Shown: in pieces, positions 20,301 through 28,962 of the stretch
Numbering within the stretch: the first letter of the stretch is position 1
Layout of the letters: each line of letters starts with the position of its first letter
Assembly (NCBI GenBank): GCA_050246315.1
Contig: JBFWWG010000002.1
Coordinates: 96,001 to 160,000, forward strand
Direction of reading: 5' to 3'
Length of the DNA stretch: 64,000 nt
Origin: Nitrospiraceae bacterium
Lineage (GTDB): Bacteria; Nitrospirota; Nitrospiria; Nitrospirales; Nitrospiraceae
The notes under the pieces: generated by a model
The model's database searches: none
The model's input: only the letters and a program-made list of their open reading frames with translations
What the model was told of the DNA's origin: nothing
Program-made: the position numbers and the translations under genes

Positions 20301-20793
20301 ACTGGGGCGGGACGCCGCTTTCGAGAGGATAGAGGCGCAACAGATGAGCGGCGAAACTGTGCAGGGTGCCGATCTGAGCCTTCTCCACATCCTGAAGCGC
20401 GGCCTCGGCCCGGTGAACGATCTCCTCCGTCGAGAGACCATACCGGCCGCGCAGCAAATCCATCTGGCGAACGGCTTCCTCTTGTTCCATATCCGACCGC
20501 CCGCATGACTCTTGTGTTGGCATCCCCAAATCCTTGGATAGGGAAGCCAGGCCGAGCAGCCTTTTGCGCAACCGGACTTTCATCTCGGTCGCAGCCTTGT
20601 TTGAAAAGGTCAGTGCGGCGACCTTGGCGATGGGGATCGATCCTGGTTCTCGCAGCAGCAGATGCAGGAAGCGGTTCACCAACAACGTCGTCTTGCCTGT
20701 CCCGGCCCCTGCCTCCACGACGATGTTCCGGTCAAAGGTGGTTTCCGCTGCTACGCGAGCGTCCGAATCATGCAAGAGAGGTGGTTCGCTCAT
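17329..20793 (-). CDS. addA: AddA-type UvrD helicase-nuclease
   Basis: AGAGTGKT, DEFQD, VGDPKQSIYAFR, TIHKAKGLEF and YVGMTRA motifs, plus a C-terminal PD-(D/E)XK domain (ADYKT). Start overlaps the addB stop (TAATG). Confidence 0.92.
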   Translation of the reverse strand: MSEPPLLHDSDARVAAETTFDRNIVVEAGAGTGKTTLLVNRFLHLLLREPGSIPIAKVAALTFSNKAATEMKVRLRKRLLGLASLSKDLGMPTQESCGRSDMEQEEAVRQMDLLRGRYGLSTEEIVHRAEAALQDVEKAQIGTLHSFAAHLLRLYPLESGVPPQFQEDDGLRFEEHLTASWRNWIDGELGAEGRRHPQWRRVLTQIRVEQLRELARELCNELISLDDLIKQVSSETLPESVKRWMEDSVLAGEEILAGRAGVKGLKTDGMLQAAVSLLTLLLAQGVDGLRCLGEAERLQLDREIGGCPKSWSEQEFLAASSLIKVAQACLRVDRDLGKDVLELLAPFASDVRRSFVASGWLSFDGLTARARSLLRDHPIVRERLKHEYRGLLVDEFQDTDPVQYELVLFLSERLGQQARSWQEVDLEPGKLFIVGDPKQSIYAFRRADIEAFDRVVHKLRTGGGEIHNLTTNFRSHGSVLAVVNEVFDRVFVPQRHLQPAPVRLDVKPNRPPLVGRPGVELRLVAHRENEDDFDSAAATRAEAESLARWLAEDLLVSEQSLDEEGNKSPLKPGHVAILFRKLTQAQEYLDAFRRQGIAYVTDGEKHFYRRQEVIDLVNLLRVLENPNDSIAMAGVLRSSLGGLSDRDLFEVRARRAMDYRRPERLATWNNLGARPIQRLYHELRQLHHELLRLPLSDGLERVFVRLPVLELAAASLHGEQAVANLLKVQQMAGFLSDRPALTLNGFVEEMIRRLEEQPQESEGALAEDSLEAVHVLTIHKAKGLEFPIVILPGLHQGTRGQGSSSLIGHDWSSGLYGLWLADSRAQTFGSVLVQTKQRAREEAEQRRVLYVGMTRAKDRLLLSGGVTGRAGPDTVCSLLAKTIPSGFGDRGVAELSIGDAVMRQTVVVAPALSHPSQPGWVGELKPLDPESSAIEIWANRTARWCEAKGTSRMLTPSSVAEAMSDHPGWGYQRDGKERSRRISQVIGVLAHRLLEQWDYGGSPAEFHRLIATYCRSQLPLDCEKDRVRIQSELGAIFDVYGRSEPYRLLQRSELIGREVPFSIPWETAQDQTTGKDRTPGQVMTGTIDVIYRLNGEVWVADYKTDDVEENELPELIRRYAWQVQVYQAAVRQVLAVEPAGFQFIILRKGMMIPA

Positions 20794-23700
20794 TACGGAA
20801 CCTCTTGTTTCCGCATGGTCCGGATGGTCTTCGCCTGATGCGATTGATAGGCCCGTTCCCAAGTCGGTCCGTGATGGAGACGGCAAGCAACCGCGATCTC
20901 GCAATGGTCACAATAGGGCCCAGGCTGGATCACGAATTGCCCCTCGCGGATGCCATGGAGCAGGGTCTGCATCGTCCGTCGTAACATCGGACCGGCAGAC
21001 GATACCCAGAGGGACGTATCGAAGGACGAGCGATCAATCCGTGGACTCCAGCGCGGAGCCAGGAAGACAAATTCGACCAGGTCCGGTCGTGAAGAACGGG
21101 CATCGGTGACATTGGCCGCACCCCGATCCGGAATGGCCATCTGGGCATAGAGGGGCGGCTGCAGGCGAAAACCTCGGAGAGCGGAGGTCGCGAGATCACG
21201 ATCTTCCTTTTTCTGATTGGCTCCCTGCTTGTATTTGTAATCCACGATACGGAGGCTGGGCGACCCCTGGCGCCTATCCACACGATCCAATCGGCCCCGA
21301 ACTTTGATCAACGGCAGGTCCGGAGTCTCGCAGGGCGTGAGCCTACCCTCGACATCAAGTTCGAACGCCAGGGGGCGAAAACCGGTTCTGAGACAATCCT
21401 CTCTGTCGGACAGAACGGCCTCCCTTATCAATTCCACGACGAGATCCCGCGACAGTTCCCAGAGTAGGTGATGTCCGGGCGCCCTCGTCGCAGCATGTTC
21501 GGCATAGACTTCATGGACCGCCTTGTGGACCACAGAAAGAAGCGCGTCGCCGGCATCAAGAGTTTCGGGCCATCCTGCCGCCGTGAGTCTCTCATAGCAG
21601 CTGCGCAACGCAGCGTGGCACAGGGTGCCGATCAGCATGGGAGTCGGTTCTTCTTCACGACTTGGACGTACAGATTGCAACCGCAGGACGTGCCTTCCGA
21701 AATACTGGAAGGGACAGCGGGCATAGGATTCCAACGCGCTGGGAGAGAACCCGGCATCGAGAACTTGGTTCCAATATTCGACCAACGGACCGGTCATACC
21801 ATCGTGTTCCCCTATCTGATGAGAAAATGAATCCACCATGCGCAAGGAGGCATAGCCCTGTTGGAACAGGTCCGCTGGACGTTCCATGGCCCGCAAGAGC
21901 CCGGTGGGGTCCTGTTGGCGAAGAATCCGATAGAGAATCACCTCATTGAGAGGAAGCAGCGAGGTCACCGATGGATGCCGGCTTACGCGTTCCGTGAGCC
22001 GTCTGGGAACTGCTTCTTCTGCCTCCGGTGACAGCCGATAGAGTCGGCGCGCCTCTTCGAGAAAGGTGGAGGAGGCAAGGAACCGGCCTTCCGCATCGGC
22101 ACGTTGATAGAACAGAGACAGCCGAGAGGTCGCCGCCTGGCAGAGCAGCGCGAAGAGCAACCGCTCTTCGTCATAGCCGGCCAGCTTTTCGTCGATCTTG
22201 TATCCTAACGTGGCATCGAGCACTCGGCGGGACCGATCCCGCAGGAACGCGTCCTCTCGGATAATGCGGGGAAACAACTTTTCGTTCAGTCCGATCAGAC
22301 AAAGCGCCCTGAACGGCAGCCCGCGCGCCGACATGGCATCCAGTACTTGTACACCTTCATGCTTGGCCGCTCCGATCAGGATGGTGCCTCGCTCGAAGGC
22401 CTGCTGCAACAGGTCTGTCCATTCCTCCCAACTCCGTTCCACACCGAGACGATCGATTTGACGCAATCGGAGAAACGCCTCTTGGAGGGCCGCCACCACG
22501 AAGTCGGCCGGCTCATACTCGGATGTCCCCATTCCGAGTTGCGCGCTGTGATCAGTCAAGCCAGGAATGGACAGGTGCCGAGTCACGATTTCAAGAAACC
22601 GCTCCGTGAGTTCCTCCACAGTCCCTCGATCCGGAAGCGAACGGCAGTCCTCAATCAGACGCGATACTAATCGCCACAGGTGCTGATATTCACGGCGGCC
22701 GACCTTGGCCGTTGTGCGATCTTCTTCGGTATCCTCATCGCCATCCGCGCGCTCGTCCGCTTCATCCTCACCTGGTTCCACCTGTTCCTGGTCGTCCGCT
22801 GTTTCATGAGTCGGGATCAGGCGCCGCCAGTCCCCTTCACCGCTCGTGATACCCAATTCCTGAACAGCAAGTCGCCAGAGATCCGGTCGCCATTCGAAGG
22901 GCGTCAAACCCATGCCGTCAGTTCGATAATAGGGTGAGCTCAATACATCCAACAGAGGCGTAGCATGGAAAGATGCGCTCCGAATCGATGCCAGTTGCCA
23001 CAGTGTCTTGGCTGCAGGCTCGGCAAAGAGCGGTCGGGCCGCCGTGGAGGTGAAGGGAATGCGGTAGCGATCGAACATCCTCGCCAACCCCGGAGCATAG
23101 GGTTCCCATGTCCGCGCGACCACTCCGATTTCACTGAACCGGTAGCCGTACGTTTCGACCAGAGTCAGGATCTCCCGGCAGACGGCGGACAGTTCGGCTT
23201 CGGGCCCAACGGCGCTGACGATTCGAACTTGACAGTCATTTGGACTGTCTCCTGTCTGTCGCACCGCTCCGCGCGGATTCCTGGCGTCCGGCTCGGCCAG
23301 TGATACCGTTGAAGCAGCCAGCGGCAAAAGGTGCCTCTCAAAAAACTTCATGGCAAACTTTAAATTAGAATGCTTACCAACTTGAAAGTAGGCTGTCGTC
23401 TCAGTTTTTTCCAAGATACGTTCCAATAAAGATAGTTGGACCTGCGAAAGGTCGTAGAAGCCGTAGTAAATGACCCGCCTGAGGTTGGTCAGAAATGTGG
23501 AATGGGGGATCCAAGGTTGGACATGAGCCGCCAAATCATCCGGCGAGGCGATGCCAAGGGCCCTGCTTCCCTCCTGGACTCCGGCATAGAGCGTAAACAG
23601 CGCCTCCAGCCAGGGGCCGTCATCCGGATCGAACAACCCTTCTCGAACAGCCCGGATGGCAGTCGCGGGATCGACGGCGGCGTCCTTCATGTCCCGCAGA

Positions 23701-24089
23701 GTGGCCCAGAGCGCGGCCCAAGTACCGGTGGCGGTCCCAAGACGCTGCAAGGGTTCCATGGCGAAAAACGGTGTCTCCAACACAAGATGTCGCGCCAATT
23801 GCTCGAAGCAGAATTCGTCAACCAACACCGAAGGCGCCGTCTCGGAGTCGTCGAGCGTCCGTTCGGCGGTCAGCTTCAGCACCAATTGATGAAAGGTCAA
23901 GAAGTGGACATGTAGTAGAGGCAGGTGTGCGTCCAGCGCGAACAGCCGTCGCAGGCGATCGATGAGCAATTGCGAGGGAACGATGATGGCGAGAGGCGCC
24001 AGAGGCTCACCTGCCTTCAGGCAGCGCACCTCATCGACTAGGGCTGACTCAAGGGTGGAATGGAAGGGACCGGTGCAAACGCGGAGCAT
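20793..24089 (-). CDS. addB: AddB-type nuclease subunit with Fe-S staple cysteines
   Basis: SPSALE.Y.RCPF, GRLDRVD, VDYK and CDHC...C motifs. N-terminal Walker A is degenerate. Confidence 0.88.
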   Translation of the reverse strand: MLRVCTGPFHSTLESALVDEVRCLKAGEPLAPLAIIVPSQLLIDRLRRLFALDAHLPLLHVHFLTFHQLVLKLTAERTLDDSETAPSVLVDEFCFEQLARHLVLETPFFAMEPLQRLGTATGTWAALWATLRDMKDAAVDPATAIRAVREGLFDPDDGPWLEALFTLYAGVQEGSRALGIASPDDLAAHVQPWIPHSTFLTNLRRVIYYGFYDLSQVQLSLLERILEKTETTAYFQVGKHSNLKFAMKFFERHLLPLAASTVSLAEPDARNPRGAVRQTGDSPNDCQVRIVSAVGPEAELSAVCREILTLVETYGYRFSEIGVVARTWEPYAPGLARMFDRYRIPFTSTAARPLFAEPAAKTLWQLASIRSASFHATPLLDVLSSPYYRTDGMGLTPFEWRPDLWRLAVQELGITSGEGDWRRLIPTHETADDQEQVEPGEDEADERADGDEDTEEDRTTAKVGRREYQHLWRLVSRLIEDCRSLPDRGTVEELTERFLEIVTRHLSIPGLTDHSAQLGMGTSEYEPADFVVAALQEAFLRLRQIDRLGVERSWEEWTDLLQQAFERGTILIGAAKHEGVQVLDAMSARGLPFRALCLIGLNEKLFPRIIREDAFLRDRSRRVLDATLGYKIDEKLAGYDEERLLFALLCQAATSRLSLFYQRADAEGRFLASSTFLEEARRLYRLSPEAEEAVPRRLTERVSRHPSVTSLLPLNEVILYRILRQQDPTGLLRAMERPADLFQQGYASLRMVDSFSHQIGEHDGMTGPLVEYWNQVLDAGFSPSALESYARCPFQYFGRHVLRLQSVRPSREEEPTPMLIGTLCHAALRSCYERLTAAGWPETLDAGDALLSVVHKAVHEVYAEHAATRAPGHHLLWELSRDLVVELIREAVLSDREDCLRTGFRPLAFELDVEGRLTPCETPDLPLIKVRGRLDRVDRRQGSPSLRIVDYKYKQGANQKKEDRDLATSALRGFRLQPPLYAQMAIPDRGAANVTDARSSRPDLVEFVFLAPRWSPRIDRSSFDTSLWVSSAGPMLRRTMQTLLHGIREGQFVIQPGPYCDHCEIAVACRLHHGPTWERAYQSHQAKTIRTMRKQEVP

Positions 24090-24182
24090 TTAGCGCGTGG
24101 TTTGTGAAGCGTGAAACGACCAAGGTCAGGTCGCGGGCTCTCCCCTTGCCAGCCACGTCTCACGAGCCCCCAGCGACGAAGA

Positions 24183-24341
24183 CTACCCGGTCTCCGGGCC
24201 AAGCAGCTCCCCGTTACAATCCACGCAGGCCCAGTCGCCGTCAATGAACGACATAGGATCTCCGCAAATCGGACAATCAGGCGGCGGCCCTTTGTCGATC
24301 TGAGGCAGAATCGGCAACTCAATATCGTCTTCTTCGACCAT
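24183..24341 (-). CDS. 52-aa acidic Zn-ribbon microprotein (absent from ORF track)
   Basis: AGGAG RBS. Translates as MVEEDDIELPILPQIDKGPPPDCPICGDPMSFIDGDWACVDCNGELLGPETG*. Confidence 0.8.
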   Translation of the reverse strand: MVEEDDIELPILPQIDKGPPPDCPICGDPMSFIDGDWACVDCNGELLGPETG

Positions 24342-24402
24342 CGCCACTCCTGTTCTGCGGAACGCCTGAATGGTCCGCGGCCGAATTGGGGAGGCTTTGG
24401 GA

Positions 24403-24669
24403 TTAAGCCTGACGCTGCTTGATTTTCTGTTCCAGTGCCTTTTCAGCGCTTTGCCGGCTGGGTACGCCGATAAAGGTCAATCGCCCGTCTATGATGGTGG
24501 CTGGCACTGCCCTGATGGAATGGCGATCAGCCAGTTCCTGCCCATCCGACGTGGTGATGTCCACCTCGCGGTAGCTGAAGCTATACTTTGCCCTCAATTC
24601 CTTCCAGAGGCTCTTGGCCGAGGGGCAGGCGCCGCAAGAGGGAGAGACTAAGAGAGTAATGTTCGGCAT
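24403..24669 (-). CDS. Small thioredoxin/glutaredoxin-fold protein
   Basis: CGAC active site, cis-Pro motif VPA, and F.GVP. Confidence 0.9.
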   Translation of the reverse strand: MPNITLLVSPSCGACPSAKSLWKELRAKYSFSYREVDITTSDGQELADRHSIRAVPATIIDGRLTFIGVPSRQSAEKALEQKIKQRQA

Positions 24670-24699
24670 ATGGCAATCCTTTGATGAACAACAGAGAAA

Positions 24700-24729
24700 A
24701 TCTTAACACCAGGGAAAATGCAGGCGCAA
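24700..24729 (-). promoter_or_regulatory. Putative sigma70 promoter for thioredoxin/Zn-ribbon/addBA
   Basis: Minus strand reads TTGCGC-N18-TAAGAT with an extended TG. Confidence 0.45.
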
Positions 24730-25226
24730 GGGCGACGCCGACCCTGGCCGGAGGAAGGGACACGTTTTTCCGGTTCATGACGGGCCCGTGCAGTCGTCGA
24801 GCTGGAGCAGGTGGCAGGAGGTCCTTCGGACGCCGAAACCAAAAAGGGATTGTGGAACAGACCGCCTGTAGCGGTCGTCATGGCGGCAAGGCGCGATGGG
24901 AAAGTCCCATGAGCAAGCACGGATTCTGGGTGAAATCCGGGAAAGCCGTGGTAGCTGTGCATCGCGAAGAAGTCTCCGCTGGGGGGTGTGGACCCGGTTC
25001 GATTAGCTGTCAGAGGCGGCTCGATACTGGATCTCGACCCGGAGAAACGGGCGTCGATTCGATTCGTCGCACCGACATTTCATGGGGATGGCTCATTGGG
25101 GGATCGAGCATCCTATCGAACTAAACAGGGATTTCCCGGCTTTACAGGTGGAAAATCCGTTAGACCACATCTGATGACGATGGCATTCCGGAGCAGAAGG
25201 AGGGCAAAACCGGCGGCAGAAGCGAA

Positions 25227-25673
25227 CTATTCGCAGCGGCAGTTGGCTTTGTAGTCCGTGCAGATCGGTCCGAATGATCGTTCGCAGTCGCAACTGCACT
25301 TCGGCGTTTGTCCGGCGGGGCAGGTGATTTTGCAAGTCTGTTTGATGCCCATCCCGCAGGACACGATTTCACAGCCGTTGGAACCTTCGGCCATGAGCAG
25401 GGGCGGTTCCGCCGCGCAGACCTTCTCTCCGATCGTTTGTTGTCCCGTCTCATCCATCAACGGCAGCGGGGAAGACGGTCCTTCGTTCGCGGCGGATATG
25501 CGGCTGTCGCGAACCTGATCTTCATGATGGATCTCGGTTGATGAGGTACCGGTCTCAACCTGCCCTTCGGTCGAGGATGCCCATACCGGAAAAAGAAGCA
25601 GTTGGACGGGCGTGAGCAGGAAGAAAGCTAGAAAGGGACGAATGAGCAGGCGGCGCACCTTGCTATGGCTCAT
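25227..25673 (-). CDS. Secreted protein with a 10-Cys C-terminal domain
   Basis: Signal peptide ending VWA, a low-complexity linker, and 10 Cys in the last 48 aa. Confidence 0.7.
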   Translation of the reverse strand: MSHSKVRRLLIRPFLAFFLLTPVQLLLFPVWASSTEGQVETGTSSTEIHHEDQVRDSRISAANEGPSSPLPLMDETGQQTIGEKVCAAEPPLLMAEGSNGCEIVSCGMGIKQTCKITCPAGQTPKCSCDCERSFGPICTDYKANCRCE

Positions 25674-25740
25674 GAGGAACCCGTGACGGTGAGTAGCGGG
25701 CCCCAGGATAGGTACAGTTCGACACGAAATCAAGCCTCGT

Positions 25741-26133
25741 TCAACAAGGAATATCAAGGGCGGGATCGCAAAAAAGCGGGCCGATTACCGGAGGACGCAT
25801 ATATTTTGAGGCAGGATCCTGCGCGCCATTGGGCGAAGTCACGGGAGGCCCGCCCGGCATGCCTGGCAGACCCCGTCCGACCGTACCAAACGACTTACGG
25901 TCGCTGGAACTCCCGATGGTACCCACCGTGGGAGTGGGGGTCGGTTGCACACCTGTCCCGCTGGGAGTAATGCCGCCGGCGCCGGTGACAACCGGTTGCA
26001 AAGCCGGTTGGAGACTCGGTGCCGGTAGGGCCGGTGTTTGAGAAGGAGCGGGAGAAACTTGAGCGCCGCAGGGAATTGCAACCATGAGCAGGCTGATCAT
26101 GGTGAGTATGCGCACCCAGGAAGGACGACTCAT
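25741..26133 (-). CDS. Secreted Pro/Gly/Thr-rich protein
   Basis: GAGAGG RBS, signal peptide, disordered body, C-terminal CDPALDIPC. Confidence 0.65.
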   Translation of the reverse strand: MSRPSWVRILTMISLLMVAIPCGAQVSPAPSQTPALPAPSLQPALQPVVTGAGGITPSGTGVQPTPTPTVGTIGSSSDRKSFGTVGRGLPGMPGGPPVTSPNGAQDPASKYMRPPVIGPLFCDPALDIPC

Positions 26134-26195
26134 GCTTCCTCTCGGTTGCACTTTCCCATTGTTCGACAATGGGAAAGTGCCAATCCGGCAGCCGA

Positions 26196-26567
26196 CTATG
26201 TGACTCCGAGCGTTGAATCTGAGACCGCGCCCCGCGAGGCGCCGGTGAATGGCTTCTCAATACGCAACTGAGGAGAGGGCCAGACTCGATGTCGCGTAGC
26301 AATGGTGCCCAGAGCCACCATGCCGACCGAACAACCGGTCATGCCGACCAATGGAAGGCGCGAGGGTCGGATCGTCAGCGGCGACTCACGGTTCACTCTC
26401 TGCCGGTGAGCCGGGAGATCTTGCTTCGGGTCGTCCGCGCCCACCGATTCAATCTCGGTACGATCCAGCGTCATAATGGGTTGAGGGATCGGACGGTCAG
26501 GATGGCAGGCGGTGAGAATGGCACAACCCATGGCCAGAAAGGCGACGTTGAGGATCGGGGCCTTCAT
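26196..26567 (-). CDS. Putative small lipoprotein
   Basis: AAGGAG RBS and lipobox LTAC. Confidence 0.5.
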   Translation of the reverse strand: MKAPILNVAFLAMGCAILTACHPDRPIPQPIMTLDRTEIESVGADDPKQDLPAHRQRVNRESPLTIRPSRLPLVGMTGCSVGMVALGTIATRHRVWPSPQLRIEKPFTGASRGAVSDSTLGVT

Positions 26568-26629
26568 AACATCTCCTTATGTTGATCTTAAATGAATCCC
26601 AATGGGTGAGCCATACCCCCAGCGCATCC

Positions 26630-27757
26630 TCAGTTGGCCTGAATGGTGACGAACGGTGACGGAGCCTTCTCGTTGGCTTCGGCCAAGGTCAGCATGACGA
26701 GGAGGAACGAGAACAATCCCTTCGACGCAAGATCACGATTCTCAATCCAATACCATCGGTCGTTGTAGTATATCTTTGCGAAGGCATCGGTCGGCTTCGC
26801 TTCGCCGCTCACGATACGAATCAGCGGCGGAAGACTCTCCACCCCATCGGGCGGAGTGGGAAGATGGGGATACGCGCGCAACTCCCTCTCGTGCTCCGGG
26901 GGAACCTCTACGAAAGTGGCCAGCTCGTACAGGATCTGGAATCCCGAGCGCGTATGCAAGGCGATGACATCATCCCGCCCCGCCGGGACCGGGCCATAGA
27001 CGACCGAAAACTCCGTCTTCTTCGGATCCAAACCGAGGAGGCGTTTTACGGTTTCCCGCTCCTTCTGGATCTCCGGTGGAACCTTTTTGGTCGCAAAAAA
27101 CATCGCCAGACCTTCACCCTGCTTCTCTTTGTCAGGGCTGGCGTGCCATCCGACCGTGCCGGACTCCTGGATCCGCCGAAGGGACCTGACCACCTGGACG
27201 AAGTCCGGATCCTCTAATCGTAATTGCGCCCCGCCTCTGCTGTTGGACAGCCCGTTCACGGACTGCACGGCAGCCATGAACAGCAGATCGATCCGCCACC
27301 CGGCTTCGGCTAACTCGAAGAGTCGGATCGGTGGAATGGGCGTCATCAAGGTCCGAATAAATTGAGAACCGGTCAGGGGAGTGTAGGTGATGGTGGGCCG
27401 ATCCGTGTATTGCCCCTGCACGCCCAGATTGAAGAAATTGCTGATGGACGTGCTTGGTACTCTCTCGAGGTTGGGGTAGACCGTGCCGCCGGCCTGTACC
27501 GTGCTGACCAACGAGTAGCTGCTGACGATCTGTCCGACATCGACAAAAATGGGCGTATCCCCGTATCGCATCTTGACGATATTGAGCAGCGTTTGTTGCT
27601 TCCAGGAATTCGCCATGGCCTGGGTGAAGTCGAACCGATCACGGTCGAGCGTCGCTGCGCCGAAGCTCATGCAGCCCTGGAGGCTCAGAAGGGCTACGGC
27701 CGGAACCAAGACCCGTAACCGATCAGGCCAGCGCATGTGCATGAAGGATCCTCTCAT
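26630..27757 (-). CDS. Uncharacterised lipoprotein (375 aa)
   Basis: GGAGG RBS, lipobox LQGC, and conserved-looking blocks LLNIVKMRY.D.P.F.DV and DRPTITYTPL.G. Confidence 0.8.
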   Translation of the reverse strand: MRGSFMHMRWPDRLRVLVPAVALLSLQGCMSFGAATLDRDRFDFTQAMANSWKQQTLLNIVKMRYGDTPIFVDVGQIVSSYSLVSTVQAGGTVYPNLERVPSTSISNFFNLGVQGQYTDRPTITYTPLTGSQFIRTLMTPIPPIRLFELAEAGWRIDLLFMAAVQSVNGLSNSRGGAQLRLEDPDFVQVVRSLRRIQESGTVGWHASPDKEKQGEGLAMFFATKKVPPEIQKERETVKRLLGLDPKKTEFSVVYGPVPAGRDDVIALHTRSGFQILYELATFVEVPPEHERELRAYPHLPTPPDGVESLPPLIRIVSGEAKPTDAFAKIYYNDRWYWIENRDLASKGLFSFLLVMLTLAEANEKAPSPFVTIQAN

Positions 27758-27847
27758 GATCGTTCCCTCCGGTACCTTTCGAGGTCCAAATTCATTTGCT
27801 TTGTAAAATTGTGACGTCTGCCAGATCGGCTCCCCAATCCCAGGCTC

Positions 27848-28954
27848 CTAATCCAGCCAATCCTTCTCTTTCAGCTTCCTAGGAAGGTATTTCTTCGTGA
27901 GGTATTGGAAGTCCTTGTTGGCAAGTGCATCCAGCTCGTATTTGAGTCCGTTGGTAAGCATGCGCTTGATTTCCTGCTGCCAGACCGGCTTCTGAAACCA
28001 GGGATAGTTCATCAGCTCGCGTGCTCTGGTTGTATCCTTGTCGTTGAGCTTGATGCCGACGTTACGCGGCAGCTCGTACCGTTCCGGATCGCCACTGGAG
28101 AGACCGATGAACTTGGCTTTCGGAATCGCCATACGCTGGCTTTCGAAGGCCAGGTTGATCGAGCCCTGTTTGATCACCGAATAGATGTAGTAGCCCCACG
28201 GGTCGTTATCGACCAACACATAGACCGGAAGTCGGTGCTCTTCGTGGAGCCGTCGAGCCAATCGGCGAACGCCGCGGGGCGGCTGGCCGTTGCCGGTCAA
28301 GAGCACGCAGTTGTACCGTCGCCAGAATTTGTCCTCGGACAGCCGGTTCCACTGAGTCCCCTTCTCGACCAGCAACACAAAGTCGGCCGTGCAGCGCCGG
28401 ATCTCCAAGTACTCGGGCTCGACGATCGACGGCACAGAATAACCGCCCTTCCCGAGCTTCGCGCAATCCACCCGATCTCCGTCGTCACCGAACACGACCG
28501 GTCCAACGATACTCCCCCCGTTCTCCGCCCGCACGTGCAGCTCTTCGCGGAGGGCCGTCAAGGACACTTCCAGGTCCTCGATGATCGGGTCCGATTCATC
28601 CTGCGTGTCGAACGTGTTCTCGTGCGAGTTCTTGATCGTGTGCTTGGTTCGATAGTAGATCTCTCTGAGCGAGGTTGTGAGATCCGCCCGTTGGAGCTCG
28701 GAAAGCGCATCGGCCACGAGCATGGTCTGCATGAATTTCTTGGCCATACCGACGTTGAAAAACGAGCGGGCCTGTTTCTTATGGCCCATCTCGATCAAAC
28801 CCTTCCGCTGGTTAAACGAGACGTTTGAGAGCGCGCGGATGGGAATCGCGAATGTCGGGTCCTTGGCCCGCTCCGCCGCCGTGATGACCACGTCGGCCAG
28901 GCCGATGAGTTTCTTCTCTACCACTCCGTTTGTCTTTTGTTTCGTCGGTGCCAT
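27848..28954 (-). CDS. top6A: DNA topoisomerase VI subunit A
   Basis: Catalytic Tyr motif LREIYY, TOPRIM VEK and DNDPWG, and KYELDAL. Confidence 0.93.
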   Translation of the reverse strand: MAPTKQKTNGVVEKKLIGLADVVITAAERAKDPTFAIPIRALSNVSFNQRKGLIEMGHKKQARSFFNVGMAKKFMQTMLVADALSELQRADLTTSLREIYYRTKHTIKNSHENTFDTQDESDPIIEDLEVSLTALREELHVRAENGGSIVGPVVFGDDGDRVDCAKLGKGGYSVPSIVEPEYLEIRRCTADFVLLVEKGTQWNRLSEDKFWRRYNCVLLTGNGQPPRGVRRLARRLHEEHRLPVYVLVDNDPWGYYIYSVIKQGSINLAFESQRMAIPKAKFIGLSSGDPERYELPRNVGIKLNDKDTTRARELMNYPWFQKPVWQQEIKRMLTNGLKYELDALANKDFQYLTKKYLPRKLKEKDWLD

Positions 28955-28962
28955 GCGGATTC

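Noticed and set aside
24186..24197. CCCGGTCTCCGG matching part of the tRNA-Leu 3' half (possible att site)
   Set aside because: Only 12 bp, inverted relative to the tRNA, inside a coding sequence, and there is no integrase nearby.
24681..25226. Overlapping short ORFs in the gap between thioredoxin and the Cys-rich gene
   Set aside because: No convincing RBS, composition or motif in any frame. Left unannotated.
27905..28828. 307-aa plus-strand ORF opposite top6A
   Set aside because: Antisense shadow of a well-supported gene.
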